Of a stretch of DNA of 64,000 bases, positions 1-13,100 are shown in pieces. The stretch is taken from positions 22,524,871-22,588,870 of the forward strand of contig NC_092676.1 in NCBI RefSeq assembly GCF_964355755.1. The letters run 5' to 3'. The position numbers and the translations under genes were made by a program. This stretch comes from Antedon mediterranea. Its lineage: Eukaryota > Animalia > Echinodermata. A model generated the notes under the pieces. It ran no database searches, had not been told where the DNA came from, and saw only the letters and a list, made by a program, of their open reading frames with translations. Position 1 is the stretch's first letter. Each line of letters begins with the position of its first letter.

Positions 1-788
1 CAGTTGGTACTAACTTAAGTTTTATTTCATGGTAAGTTTGTTGGTCAAACATCTCTGAATACACAAAATCTAAATATAAAACTACACATTTAAGATATTA
101 TAACATGTTTCTGATTCAAAAACAGTGAAAAATATCTCATATTTTATCATATCCATCAACTTTTTAATCGCTATATCATCATCACCATCATTTATCATAT
201 ACATTTACAGTTTCATAAAATTTCTTACCATTGCAGTACACAAATATGTATACATATTTACATAGTATTACAGACAACCAAAACAATAAAATAATAATTA
301 ATAATAGCATGAATATTTAAGCTATTACTGTAATCATCAAGATTTCTAAACTATTTTCTTCATTAATATTTATAATAACTTGTTTATCAAATAAACAAAC
401 AAAAAACAACCCAAAAACAAACAAAAAAAACAAGCAACTGAGGTATAAAATATAGCAGTAATAGGCATACATATGGCAAACACCAAACATTTTTTTTATA
501 TCAAAATCTGGATGTGCAGATATTTAATTTATGCAAAAAACTAAACCTAATTAATTAATCTTTTTATTTAATAAACCAATTCAACAAACTCAGAACAAAT
601 TCATTTTGTTTTAATTGCTCAGGGAGTATACATATGATTTTATCTAATATGGAGTCATTAAAAAAATGTAATATAGTGTTTTATGTAGTTTAAGTACATG
701 GTGTTTATATTGAAGAAATGGTATACACCAAATTCACACATCAAGGCACACAATCTACATAAAAAACAAAGGCATCTGTAGGTGCTGT

Positions 789-1137
789 TCACATGGTTAC
801 TACCTCAGTCCTACGTATGTCTTCATTACCAGTGATATCATTGTTCGCTGAAGTATTCCTAATAGAGTGCTCGTCTCCCGACATCTCTTCAACATTTAAC
901 TCTGAATCGTTGGTAGTATCACCATTCTCTGTCAACCGTGTGAGTGTTTCGTCCGGCACTACCGGATCAGGAAAGAACACAAGTGGTTCCGAAATGAGTA
1001 TTTCAAGAATTGGCGTCAGCCGTGGTATCTTCTGCATCTCGAGAACCGTTTTACAATTTGTGTGCATCAGCGTGATGAGCCAACATATTGCCAAGTTTTG
1101 GCTGTTCATCTTATTGCGCAAGAAATTCATCATTACT
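789..1137 (-). CDS. ARHGAP35: terminal exon B, duplicated divergent RhoGAP C-terminus (VMMNFLRNKMNSQNLAICWLITLMH...EVVTM*)
   Basis: Acceptor ttcttatctacag, phase 2 at the homologous position; open to TGA at 789-791; collinear with exon A. Confidence 0.8.
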
Positions 1138-4100
1138 CTGTAGATAAGAATATAAAAAATTAATGATTTAAAAATTGAACCAAGTCATAAAAAACACTCA
1201 TTCCTAATTAAAATATGTCTTAATATGTATTAAATGTTCCTAAATGACATTCAAATATAGTATTACAATAAAATATACCATACTTTGAGTTTTTAAGTTC
1301 AATGAAGCGCAATGTTATAATTATTAAGTATAGCTTTTGTTGTTATAAATTTAATATCATGCAACAACACACAGCATGCATGTAAATTTATTAATTTTAG
1401 AAACTATATTTATGAATTGAATTAATAATAATAACAGTAAATATATGATAAAAAAGTCACTATACAATTGGTTACCAACATAAATGTATAGTAAGGTGAA
1501 AATAATACTACACTAGAATTGGCTAAAACAAATTGAAAAATGAAGAAACTACTCTATAAAATGAACTGAAATAAATGATGAGATAGTAATCAATAATACA
1601 GTTATTGCATTTATTAAAGACTTTTTTTATTTATGAAATGTGCAAAACCTGTAACCGTGGGGGTGAAATATATTCTATACCCAATTTTTACACTCTTAAA
1701 AATAATTCCCTAATCAATTTATCTAGGATGATCTAGGATATTGTGGACCATGTTAGTAAACCGAATACTGATGATGTAAACAACTTTTCTAGGCATGCAT
1801 ATTTTATGCCAAATTACTGTTTAAGAGCACACTCACCCATAAACATGTTGGTATAAATGACCTTTACTTGATCAACCTGGTTATTTTTTATCATCCAGAT
1901 TATCACTTATTAACCTGATTATCTTTTATAACCTGGTAAATCTCTTATTAACTTGGTTATTTCTTATTAAACCTGGTAATTTCTTATTCGACCCAATTAT
2001 TGCTTGTTTATCAACCAGGTTATCTCAATACTGACCCAGTTATTGCTTATTAATCTGGTTATCTCTTATTGACCCAGTTATCTCCTATTAACCTGGTTAT
2101 CTCTTATTAACCTGGTTATCTTCTAAAATTAGTTTAGCATAACAAAAAATGTTTTATTCAAATATAAAGCATAATATACTCAAATTAAATGTTCATGCAT
2201 AAATATTAGGCTATCAACATTGAATAAAATAATCAAACATAGTGCATTAATACTGAATAGTTCACCATACGGAGAAGAAACACTGAAAGAAATTTCAAGT
2301 TACTATAGAAAGCTTTTAAAGAATAAGGTGGTGCAACATCCAGTGAAAGATGAAATAAATGTTAAATGATACCATCAAAATACAGAAAAAAAACTATTTG
2401 ATTTGATTCGAAAATGATGATGATGATGTGATCCAAACCTAAGCGAATTGAAGAATAGGATTAAATATCATTTTTGCTAAACCGATAGAAATGATTAGTA
2501 AAAGTAAAGCATACAAAACCGTAATTAAGTTTTCATCACCTCAAAAAATGCTAAAGTTAAAATAAATGGTTAATACAATGACATGAAAACATGCAATACG
2601 TGGTGAGTAAGACAAGCTTTTAATTTCACACTTCAGCTAGCAACAGATACAAGCTATAGGAATTGTAGAGGGCGAGCTACCTCCGATGATGACGCCACGA
2701 TCGGTTGTTGAGATGAGTCGCTCTCCGTCTCCATGTCCTGTACCTCTGGAACCGGTGGTTCTTCAACTACTACTGGTTCGAAGAACTTGGTAGCCATTGA
2801 AATGAGGTTGTCCACGATAGCGGAGAGTTTAGCATCATTGGCCATGTCCTCCAAGCTTTTGTACTCAGGATGGAGGAGAGTTGGCCACCAGCATACGGCA
2901 AGGTTCTGACTGGTCATTCGGTTTGTATCCTGCTTCTGCATTATCCTGGAAATATCACATTTCTACAGTAGTAAACTACCAACTACTAACAGTGTTGTCA
3001 ACAATCATTAACAAAGCAATGTTAAAAACTAACAAAGCTAAAAACACAGTCAAAATAAACTAGGTAGGAGAAGATAACAATGTAATAACATACATTTAAC
3101 CAACATGAAAATTCTAAAACACAGCAAACATTGCATAATTAAATAACAATTTAGTAGGAAGATAATAAATATTATATATACTAAGATACAATTTCGGTAA
3201 GAACAACTCCCAGTCTACATGTAAATGAGCACATGGGATAACAGGGAGCACTAAAGAATGTGGAAAGGAACTGGCCACCCTACCACATAATGCTGAGATA
3301 ATGAGGTCCTAATAGCTCATTCTGCTACGTTTAGAATGATCATGGAACAATACAAATACATAATTCATGGGATTTGGTGACATAAATGACTAATCCATGT
3401 ATAGTAATTCCTTAAATGTTAGAGGCAATTTGACAGGGCTGTAGCTCGGAAAGTCTAGAAGGTAGCAATCAAAAATAATAATGTATATCCAAATGTCAAG
3501 AGGTTTCATGGGTGGGTGAGTGCTGTCTTGAATTTAGGCTTAAGTGGAAGGCTTTATAAAAATATTCAGGCTGGGAGAAAAGTCAAGACTTTGAAGGCAC
3601 GTGTCCACGAATAACTCTTCTTAAACAATTATATCAATGAGGGAGGGTTATTATTAATATTCGTCACAAAGTTTAAGAATGGGGAATGAAGTACACTACT
3701 AAGAATTAGTTTTAATTAATGGAAACCTGTTAACCAAGTCTAAACCGAGCACATAACCAAACAAAGCATCGCATCTACATTACCACATATTAAATGAACA
3801 ATATAAGTTTTTAATGGCTAAGAAACACTAATAAAGTAAGTTTTAAAGTACACCAAATGATTTCTAAAAAGAAAAAGTTAAGAATGTCTCAAGAAATATT
3901 TTGTTTATTGTAAAACCGTTTTCTATAGAATAGATGACAATGTTGAAACATTCTTAACTTTATTTTCTGAATCACATGACATACCGCAAACTTTATTATA
4001 ATATTAAAATAAAAATGATGATAATTTATATGATCACTCATTACAATGTATTCACATACAAAAAATGGTCAAATTCCAAAATGAATGAAAATGTTGTGTA

Positions 4101-7100
4101 TGTTTACAAACAATGTCCTGGATTATTATGAGTTAAAGAAGAAACAGTGCACAAATAATAAAGGTAAATGATGACCACTGGACGCTGTATCATTTGCGCA
4201 AATCGTATCAATCTCGTTGTGAGTGACACCGGTTAATGTTGAATGATGTTTAAATAACAAATTTAAATACAATTTTATGACAGTTAATCAACTTTTATAT
4301 GACTAAAATATTGAACAATGATAAACATTTTAAAAAGGGTTTTTCTTTCAAGGATTGAAAAAGAGGGGGTTCGAGGCTTTTTGCAATCTGACAGCTTTCT
4401 TATTGGACACTGTTCAGCAATAATAAAAAAGGAATCATTGACAGAAATCTTTATAATTTTTGTGATTATCATATTGATGTTACATATTATAATAAAGTAA
4501 TTTCTTGCAAGGAAAGAAAGATAATGGTATATTAAAATTTCTATCATTTTAAAATATCTTTAGTAGTGGGATATTCAAAGTAGGCGGAGTTAGGTATTAA
4601 TGATTGAATATGCAAATGACTCACCTGTTTAAATGGAACATCATATACTTCAGTGTCTCTTTCTTAATTCTTGGCATCTTATCTAATAAATCATGAATTG
4701 CTTGTGTCTGTTCTTCTTGGTTTTGAGCATCTTTAACACAAAATAACAATATTTAAAGAGATTCAACTAAAAATCTGTAATATTTTACCATGTACAATGT
4801 AATGTCTTTTGGAAACACAGCCCTAATGATACACATGTGATCATGACTACATACTTTACCCATACTGTACTAATCATTGGGTATTAGAAAAGGTATTTAA
4901 AGATGTATTGTTCCCCCAAAAACATGAAAAATGAAGATTAATTAAATCATACATCATGTAGTTTTAATAAAGTTAATCACTTATAAAATAACAAAATAAA
5001 TGGTTAAATTCAACCAAAAACCCAATGGCTGGCAGCCAATTTGACTATTTTTTGTTTTACAGTATTAAAATTACCTTGTTGTCCAAAGTGTATTAAATGC
5101 CATATTCAAACAATTATTTTTTCAGGGGGACAATAAATCTTTAAAAAACAGTAAAGCTATGGAGAATTTTTTTTTCCGAAATAAAAGATGAATGAATGAA
5201 AACACTCTTTTGCCAAAAGTCCATCTATCCACACTACAGTGTTGGGAACACAGTCTAGACATACACAAGTGTATGGATATAAAGTTTAAACTGTAAAAAG
5301 GCCATTGGCCATGTGATGTTAACATCAAAACAAATTTATTAACAAAGTTAACACTTCCATCGAGTTTATACTTCCATATAAGGAAATACAGACATTATAT
5401 TAATTGGCCAGGAGCCTTGTTGACTCTGTAAATAATTATTTATTTAGGATTAAATAATAAAGATTTAAATTGCTGTTTATGCATAGAGATTTAAATAATT
5501 TTACAAAGCTAAAAAGTATTATCTATATATTGCTTTGATTTTTTTTTATTAATATAATAAATTTAATTTATAATAGTATTTTTTAACGCTGGTGTATATA
5601 AAATCATTAATTGTAATATTTGTTTACTGGGCTTATATCTGTATACTACTTTTTAAATATATATATATATATATATTTTTTAAATAAAACATTTCTAAAT
5701 TTATGATTTATTATTATTATATAGAATATTTAAATGTATACCAAAATGCATTTTGTATTATGTTAGTTTTATCATGCATTTAGTCTTGCACATAACATAA
5801 TACTGTAATTTAAATTATAATAATATTATTTTATCATATAACAGCTATATTTTGATATTGAAAATCAATCAATCAATCAAAAATGTGTGTAGTTGGTCGC
5901 TTTCTTGTAGATGCTTTAATTGTAGAACGTATCTTTTTTTTTTTTTTCCTGTGCTCTGTTCTGGGTTGACCAACTAGCATAGGTGTTTATAGTACCTGTT
6001 TGATCTTACCGTGCCTCCTTTTATAATTGTTTTGTCTTCTTTGTAATGTATATGGCAGAAATTGAATAAAAAATAAAAAAATACAAAATACAAAAATACA
6101 AAACAATTTTGTCATTTTAATGGGCACGTACTACAGGGTATGTACACAAGTGAATCGTTCTAGTTTTTCAAATAATATTAAATAATACTAAAGTTTAGAT
6201 AATCAACAATATAATGGCCATCTGTTTTTTTTCACTTGGAAGTCTCAAAACAGTTTTTCAATCAGTGGATTAGATTAATATCTTCCTAAAATTAGTTTTT
6301 CAATCACATATTAGAATCCCACCACCCTGTAAAAAGAAAATGTTTTGAAAAAAACATTAAATAAATATCTAATTTGTAATACTTATTTGTATAATTATAA
6401 TTAATAATTAATCAATTACAGTATTATAATTAATTTAATTATTTTTCCATGCCATTAATTAAAACTGCATTTGGATGCATAGTATGGTGCATTCCACAAA
6501 TTATTTCACATCACACGCAGGTTTTCAATTAAACATCCAAAACACAATTGCTTTAAATATACTTGCCATACCGACTCAGATATAAGCCCACCTTGTGCTA
6601 CAAGTCCACCCTAAATTATAAGCCCAGTCCTTTATGAGTATTTTTCATGGAAGATGATGTATGGAGTATGGTTAATTTGTTTCCTTTTATGTCCCCCTTT
6701 CTTCTCCCAATTGTTTCTCGGATGAGCATATACCTGATTAGTATGGCACACAAAAAATGAAATCATAAACACACGATAGTATGAAATGAAATGAGTATAA
6801 CATAAAAAATCCAAAATTATTATTTTGAAAATAAATAATGAAATGAAAAATAAAAACAACCTTAAAGAATAATTTATAAAGTCACAACACACTTTACAGA
6901 CATTTAACAAATAAGAGGTAATTTACAAGCCTCTTTCCAATTAAATACCCTAATATGGTTTTCTATTCAGGAACCCTACAAATGATTGCTTTAAGCAAAA
7001 ACTAAAACCACATTGTTCATGGGTGTTTCTAATTGGACAGAGGCATGTACGTTAACAACAAAAAAACACATACATTACAGAGTCCACTATTTATTAATTG

Positions 7101-10100
7101 CCTCAAGAAATAATAAAGCTTGTTTAATAATAATTAAAGCTTGTTATTATTTTTTTAGTTTATTTGTCTCTTGCCACAAATGTACAGGTAATTAATATAA
7201 TAGGATATTCCAAAAATACAGAATTTTATCAATTATTAGTTTTGCCAACAATTCCATGCATTTTAAAAATGAAAAAAAAATCAATCACAAGTAATATACC
7301 ATCAACTCAAGCTAGCAAAAAAGTAGTTTGTATGCAAATGTTTAATTTAAATCAATATGCAAATGTTATAATTTGCATAGGCATGCATGGCTGCTCAACC
7401 ATGCAGTGCATCTGTGACTGCTACTCACTCATGGTAGGCACCGAGAAATGAAAACCAGAACTCATACTGTTAACCTCCGTTGATGAATCTCCTTTCATGG
7501 TGTAAAAACAACATGTTATTAAAAATGTGCCTGGAAATCAATCCTACCAAAGTTTTGGGTTATAGAGGGCTTTAGATTTTACAGAAAAAAATATACTTAA
7601 TTTTTTAATTTGTTTGCACAATTCAGGCAATAAGAGAAACTGACTAGAATTAATGTCAAAATTAAAAAAATATGAAATGGAAAAGATGACAAAATCTGCA
7701 AGAGTGAAAATAGAAAAGAAAAACACACCAAACATATCTGCTTTACAGAGGTGTTTTGGTTGTCATTTATTTTCACAAATGTTTACTGTTTCACATTCCA
7801 AATACTAATTTTTGTACTTTGAAAGAAGCAGAAAAGTTAAAAAAGAATTTGTAACAAATAACATTTGAAGAACACAAACTAAACTACAATGATCTAGAAT
7901 AGAGACTATTTTAAAGCTTTTATTTTACAAACACATTTTGAGAATGCACTGTACTAATGTATAAACAAAATGTAGTAACTGCAGTAACTGCAGTAGAGGG
8001 ATTTTGACACGAACCCTTACCTTGGCAACTGTCTAAAAATTCTTGTTGAAGATCGTATGGAATGAGAGGTTCGGGTAATTTACTGAAGAACTGCTTCAAC
8101 GCTGTGCATACAGCTGGTACTGACATGTGCATATCGGCTAGCTTCATATCTGGATCTGAGAGAGAGAGAGAGTATGTCAATTGTGAGTGTATGAGTAAAA
8201 TAAATGAAACAAGTAAATAAAACTAATATTTATAAATTTGGAAATAATACAGAAAATACATGTACCTTTGTAAAAAGTATATAAGAAATTAGATTTGTGA
8301 TATAGTATTTATTTTCACATGTATAACAAATGATTATTGTAAATATCTTTTTCAGTGAGGAAAACCTTACCCTTTTCCAATATAAAATAATTATTTATAT
8401 AGATATGATGATGAGTGTAGTTGGTCTTTTAAGCTCTGTTTACACAACCAAATGTGATAAAAAATGTGATGTGCCCATATATGGTCATGATGATGTCATA
8501 TCACTACCACATTTGGGCATATCACTACCATATTTATACTTACTCTTTCCAAATGTGGCCATTATGAAATCACTATCTGCACCTTTGCCTGGAATTCTAT
8601 ATATACCTTCTTGGTTAATACCTATAAAAGAATATTAACAATGAAAATATAAATTCACAGTATTATTTTAACCAATGGATTAACAAACCTTATTAGGCAC
8701 CTCCAAATGTCTGATGCTTGTTCCAGAGTTCAAACAGTATTATAAAACACCTCAATGTATCCTTGCCACATGATTGGTAGGAAGTCAGGGTCAAAGGTTA
8801 GCACTTGGATTTTAATAGACTGTGCACAATACAGGTGGGTTTCAAATGCTCATGTCATTCATTAGCCTTGTGTTGAATGCACAACATGTTCAAAAATAAA
8901 ATGTTTACAAAAATCTTCATATGCAATAGAACCATTTAATAATATTAGTACTTTTAAATAGAGCTTTAAATTTACTTTTTTTGTTTTATTAAGAATGAAA
9001 TCTTCCCCCCACCCTCCCAAATAATGAATCAGATGGCAAGAATATACTTATACTTATAAGTATAGGTATGCTATGTTTACCCGATTCCCAGTACTGTATC
9101 TCCACACACTATATTTCATAAGTATCATAGGAATATTTGGTAATACAGCATCTCATTTATATCACATGTTAGGTTAAGGGTAGGTTACTACTAGGTAGGT
9201 ACATATAAAACACATTTGTTGTTGTATTACCACGTATTCCTGATACTTGTAAACAGACACAGTTATATTAAACAACTATCTAAACAAGAGTCAATTCGTA
9301 CCTTCTTCTTCCAAAAATTCCACGCATTTGATGACAAATTGTGGCACAGTTTCATCCCCTGTTACACACTCCTCGATTGGTGGTCTTTTAACTTGAGGTG
9401 GCTGTGGTGGTATAACTGATTTTCCATTTTTCTTTCGTTTTTTCTTTGATTTATTGTCCTGCAATTGAAAGTTGGGGGAAAAAATGTTGAGGAAAATAAA
9501 ATGTTTCTTTTCATTACAATAATTTTGTTTTTGTAGCAACATTTGTTGTTCCTTTTGTCTGCCCTCACCTCTTGTTTTTGACGTTTTGGTTTGTCTTGAT
9601 CTTTCGGTTTTCCTCTTTTCTTTTTCTGATCTTTTTTTTGTTTGGAAGATTCCTAATACCAAAAAAATAAAGCATTACAAACAATTATAATTTTGAAGAA
9701 TTTATCAAATGACAATAAAAATGGAGAAGGAATAAAAATGGAGAAGGAATAGAAATGATGATAAACCATGGTAATTAATGATTATAAAAAAACAAATTTA
9801 TTTTATTATATTTCTTTTAATATTTTTTTGTTCTAATAGTTTACCTTTTCATCATTGCTTTCTATACTAACAACATCATACAGATTTTCATCATTAATTT
9901 CTCGATCCCTCTTCATTGGTGCGCCACCTTCTCTCTCCTCTAAATATGAATAAAATACACATGGTTTGCATCCAAAGAGGTTCTCATTTCAAAATAATAC
10001 GACTCAAAAATGCCAGTGGAGTAACGCAATGAAAAAAGACCCTTGTTTACCACTCCTTGAAATTACCTTAAAGGATTAGAGCTTGAGAACTGAGCGCATT

Positions 10101-13100
10101 TGTCCCTTTGATGTCATACTGTAGCTGACAACTCATACAGGCGAAAATAAATGTAGTGGTCAACCTATGTTCTAACTATTTCCGCTTTTAATAAATTTAT
10201 CAACTTGGGTAGTTACAGTGAGCTAGTAAAGTTATATGCTGCTCTGAGTTTAGCCAGTAAGCGCTCATAGCTGTTACGCCACTGGTCATATGTATGGCAG
10301 CGTATCATAGCATTTGCCTATATATGGTATTTGAATCGGGTGAAGGATCAATTACTCACCTAATTCTTTCGTTCCTTGTGTAAATGTCTTCGTTTTCTGG
10401 AGCTCCATAAGGAAGCTACCATTTTGTGGCGAGAGGGGTGTCGGTGGAGTCTTCTTTTTGCCACTTGATGTCCTTGACTCAGAGACTGTTGGGGTCTTAT
10501 TAGATGAATATTTTCGGGGCTAGATACAAAAAGTAATGAATTAGGCCATGATTTTTATACAAATATACTTATAAACACAAAATGCACTAAGTCAGAGCAG
10601 TTAGTGTTAGATTATTTAACAAATGTATTATTTGTTTTGTATCATACAACAAAAACAAACAAGCACTCTAATCTAGAAAAAACATTATTTTAAATGGTAG
10701 CTGAAAATCAGATTAAAATACTTCATGAAAATATATATTCTAGATTCTTTAAAAAAATTAATGTCAGTATAAAAAATGTGGTATAATGGTAGAGCACCTG
10801 CAAATTAGAATTATTTATATGTAGCTTTAAAGCAATCTTGCTCTAAGTTGAATAAAAATTAGTTAAAACATTTTAAAGACAAATTCATTTGCGAAAATCG
10901 ATAAAATCTTGACAACAAATTTAGAGTTTTCCGCTATTGGCATTGTACAGTAATTTGAATAGTTTCTACGTTTTGCAAATCAAACCAATCAGAGCTCAAG
11001 AAATGTGCGAGTGCTCATGAAAATAAACAAATCAGCTCGAAATGAGAAATTGCAGCTATTTGTACCCTTGTAGAGGAAATTATTAATAGTTGAGTACACT
11101 TTTTTTCTATGCAAAAGGATTGAATTTGTGCAAATAAATTTGTCTAGTGTAAAAACTAAAATGAAAAGCTTTAAATGTCAAAGCCTTGCGTCAGCAAATG
11201 TGTGAATTCCTTACTCACTTTCAGATTTAATTTTAGCACATATTTTTATGGCATTTACAAATCACTTAATAGGAAATATTGATATATATATCACAATTTA
11301 CATGGCTAGACAAGAAATACCAAACAGGAGTTTTATTATTTAAATTCAATCGTAGATAAAAACTGGACAAGAGCGAAAACAAAACTATTATGTTTTACAA
11401 AAAAAGATATTAATATACATTTATTTTACACAATTTCAACGAGGGAGTTACAAATTAAATGAAAAAAAAATGTAGAATTATTACAGATAAATATTGTATC
11501 AATGACGTCTTAATAATTAGATATGGCTATTTCTTCTAGATTCATCTTAATATGATTAAAATATAAATAGTAATTTATATTGATAAGGAGGTTATGTTTT
11601 TTGTTTTAATAAGAAATATTTTTGTAGTGTTTTATGATTTAAAGAAATATTCAATTTATTACTATTAGTATTATTTATTTTAGGATATTTGTATTTTAAA
11701 ATATTTTGGATTGGACATTGTTAAAGGATAAAAGTTTATAGAAAAATGATAATAAATATTATATTTATATTTCTTTCATACTTTGTGTTGACAGTAGCAC
11801 ACTGTCATTTTTTTCTATTGAAAAATAACAGGAATGTTTGTCTTTATAAATATTTTGGTTTGAACATTGTTAAAGGATAAAAGTTTATAGAGAATTGATA
11901 ATAAATATGAATAAAATAAAATTGTCTTAACTTTTCTTTCATACTTTAAATTGACAGCAGCAAATTGTCATATTTTTTTCTATTGATAAATAACTAGTCG
12001 CGTCATTTTGGATCGTTAACGAAGGCTTCTGTCAATTCTAATTAAGCTTAGGTGACAAATTTCAAAACTTTGTGAACCTCGGTGACAAGGGGTTACTGAT
12101 AACAAATTAATTCTCTCGATCTACTATCGGCGACTTCCATTTCACGAGTACACAGTGGTTGTCATAAAAAAAATTGACATGAGAAAAATGTCAATTATCA
12201 AGATTAAGACAATTGTTTGATATATTTTTAATATATATTGTTGATTGAGAAAATTATTTAGAAATATTTTGGAAAAATTTTTTTATTTATGTTTACATTT
12301 GCCCCTATTCTATAATTATAGGTTTATTTATTAAGGATAAATAAATATCATTAATGATAAAGGAAAGATATGTTGTTTTAAAATATTTTGTAATAATTTT
12401 AGGTATAATTTATAACATGTATTTATGATATGTAATATTAAAAATGAATATATTGTGTTTAAATGTTTTCCCTCCTATTGAAGACAGTTTTTTTTTATAA
12501 CTGAGATATTCATAAAATAGATTTACTTTTATGCTTTATTAAATTCAATTACGGTAGTATAAATTTTACAACATTTTAAAGCAGCTATTGCAAACTTCCA
12601 AACATTTGTCGGGTGTGGTGTGAAACTGTTAACAGTGTTAATTAACCACACAAATGAAAGTTGTTAATACAATTACAAAATATGGTGTTTATTAAACAAG
12701 TACGTCAAGTGAAAAGAAAAATTCCAAATTCATGTAAGTGTTGAGAGAAATAATTTAGTAATCACCCCCAGAACGCTGAATAATTTGTTAAATTTATTCA
12801 ATATGACAAGCTAAAGTATAATACATTCCAAAAATAGGTTTAATCAATTTGCAATTTTCGATGGAGAAAAATACTAAGTAAAGTGGTATTGACAGTATAA
12901 AGGTGAAATTCAGTTTCACGATTTCTCGTTAATTGTTACATAATGGTAGTATACCCTCTGGTCTGGATATGCGAGGTTCTATTTACAAGGATACAAAATA
13001 CTGTATACACTAGATAAATAAATACATTTTTGAATGAGTGACCTATTGCAGGTATACGCATAGCAAGGTTTAAAGATGTATTGTCCCCCAAAAACATGAA

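Noticed and set aside
789-1137. Exon B as the end of a separate paralogous gene
   Set aside because: No duplicated upstream GAP exons in the 1.5 kb between A and B; it can only splice from the shared donor at 4625.
793-1143. 116-aa plus-strand ORF
   Set aside because: Antisense shadow of terminal exon B; no independent motif.
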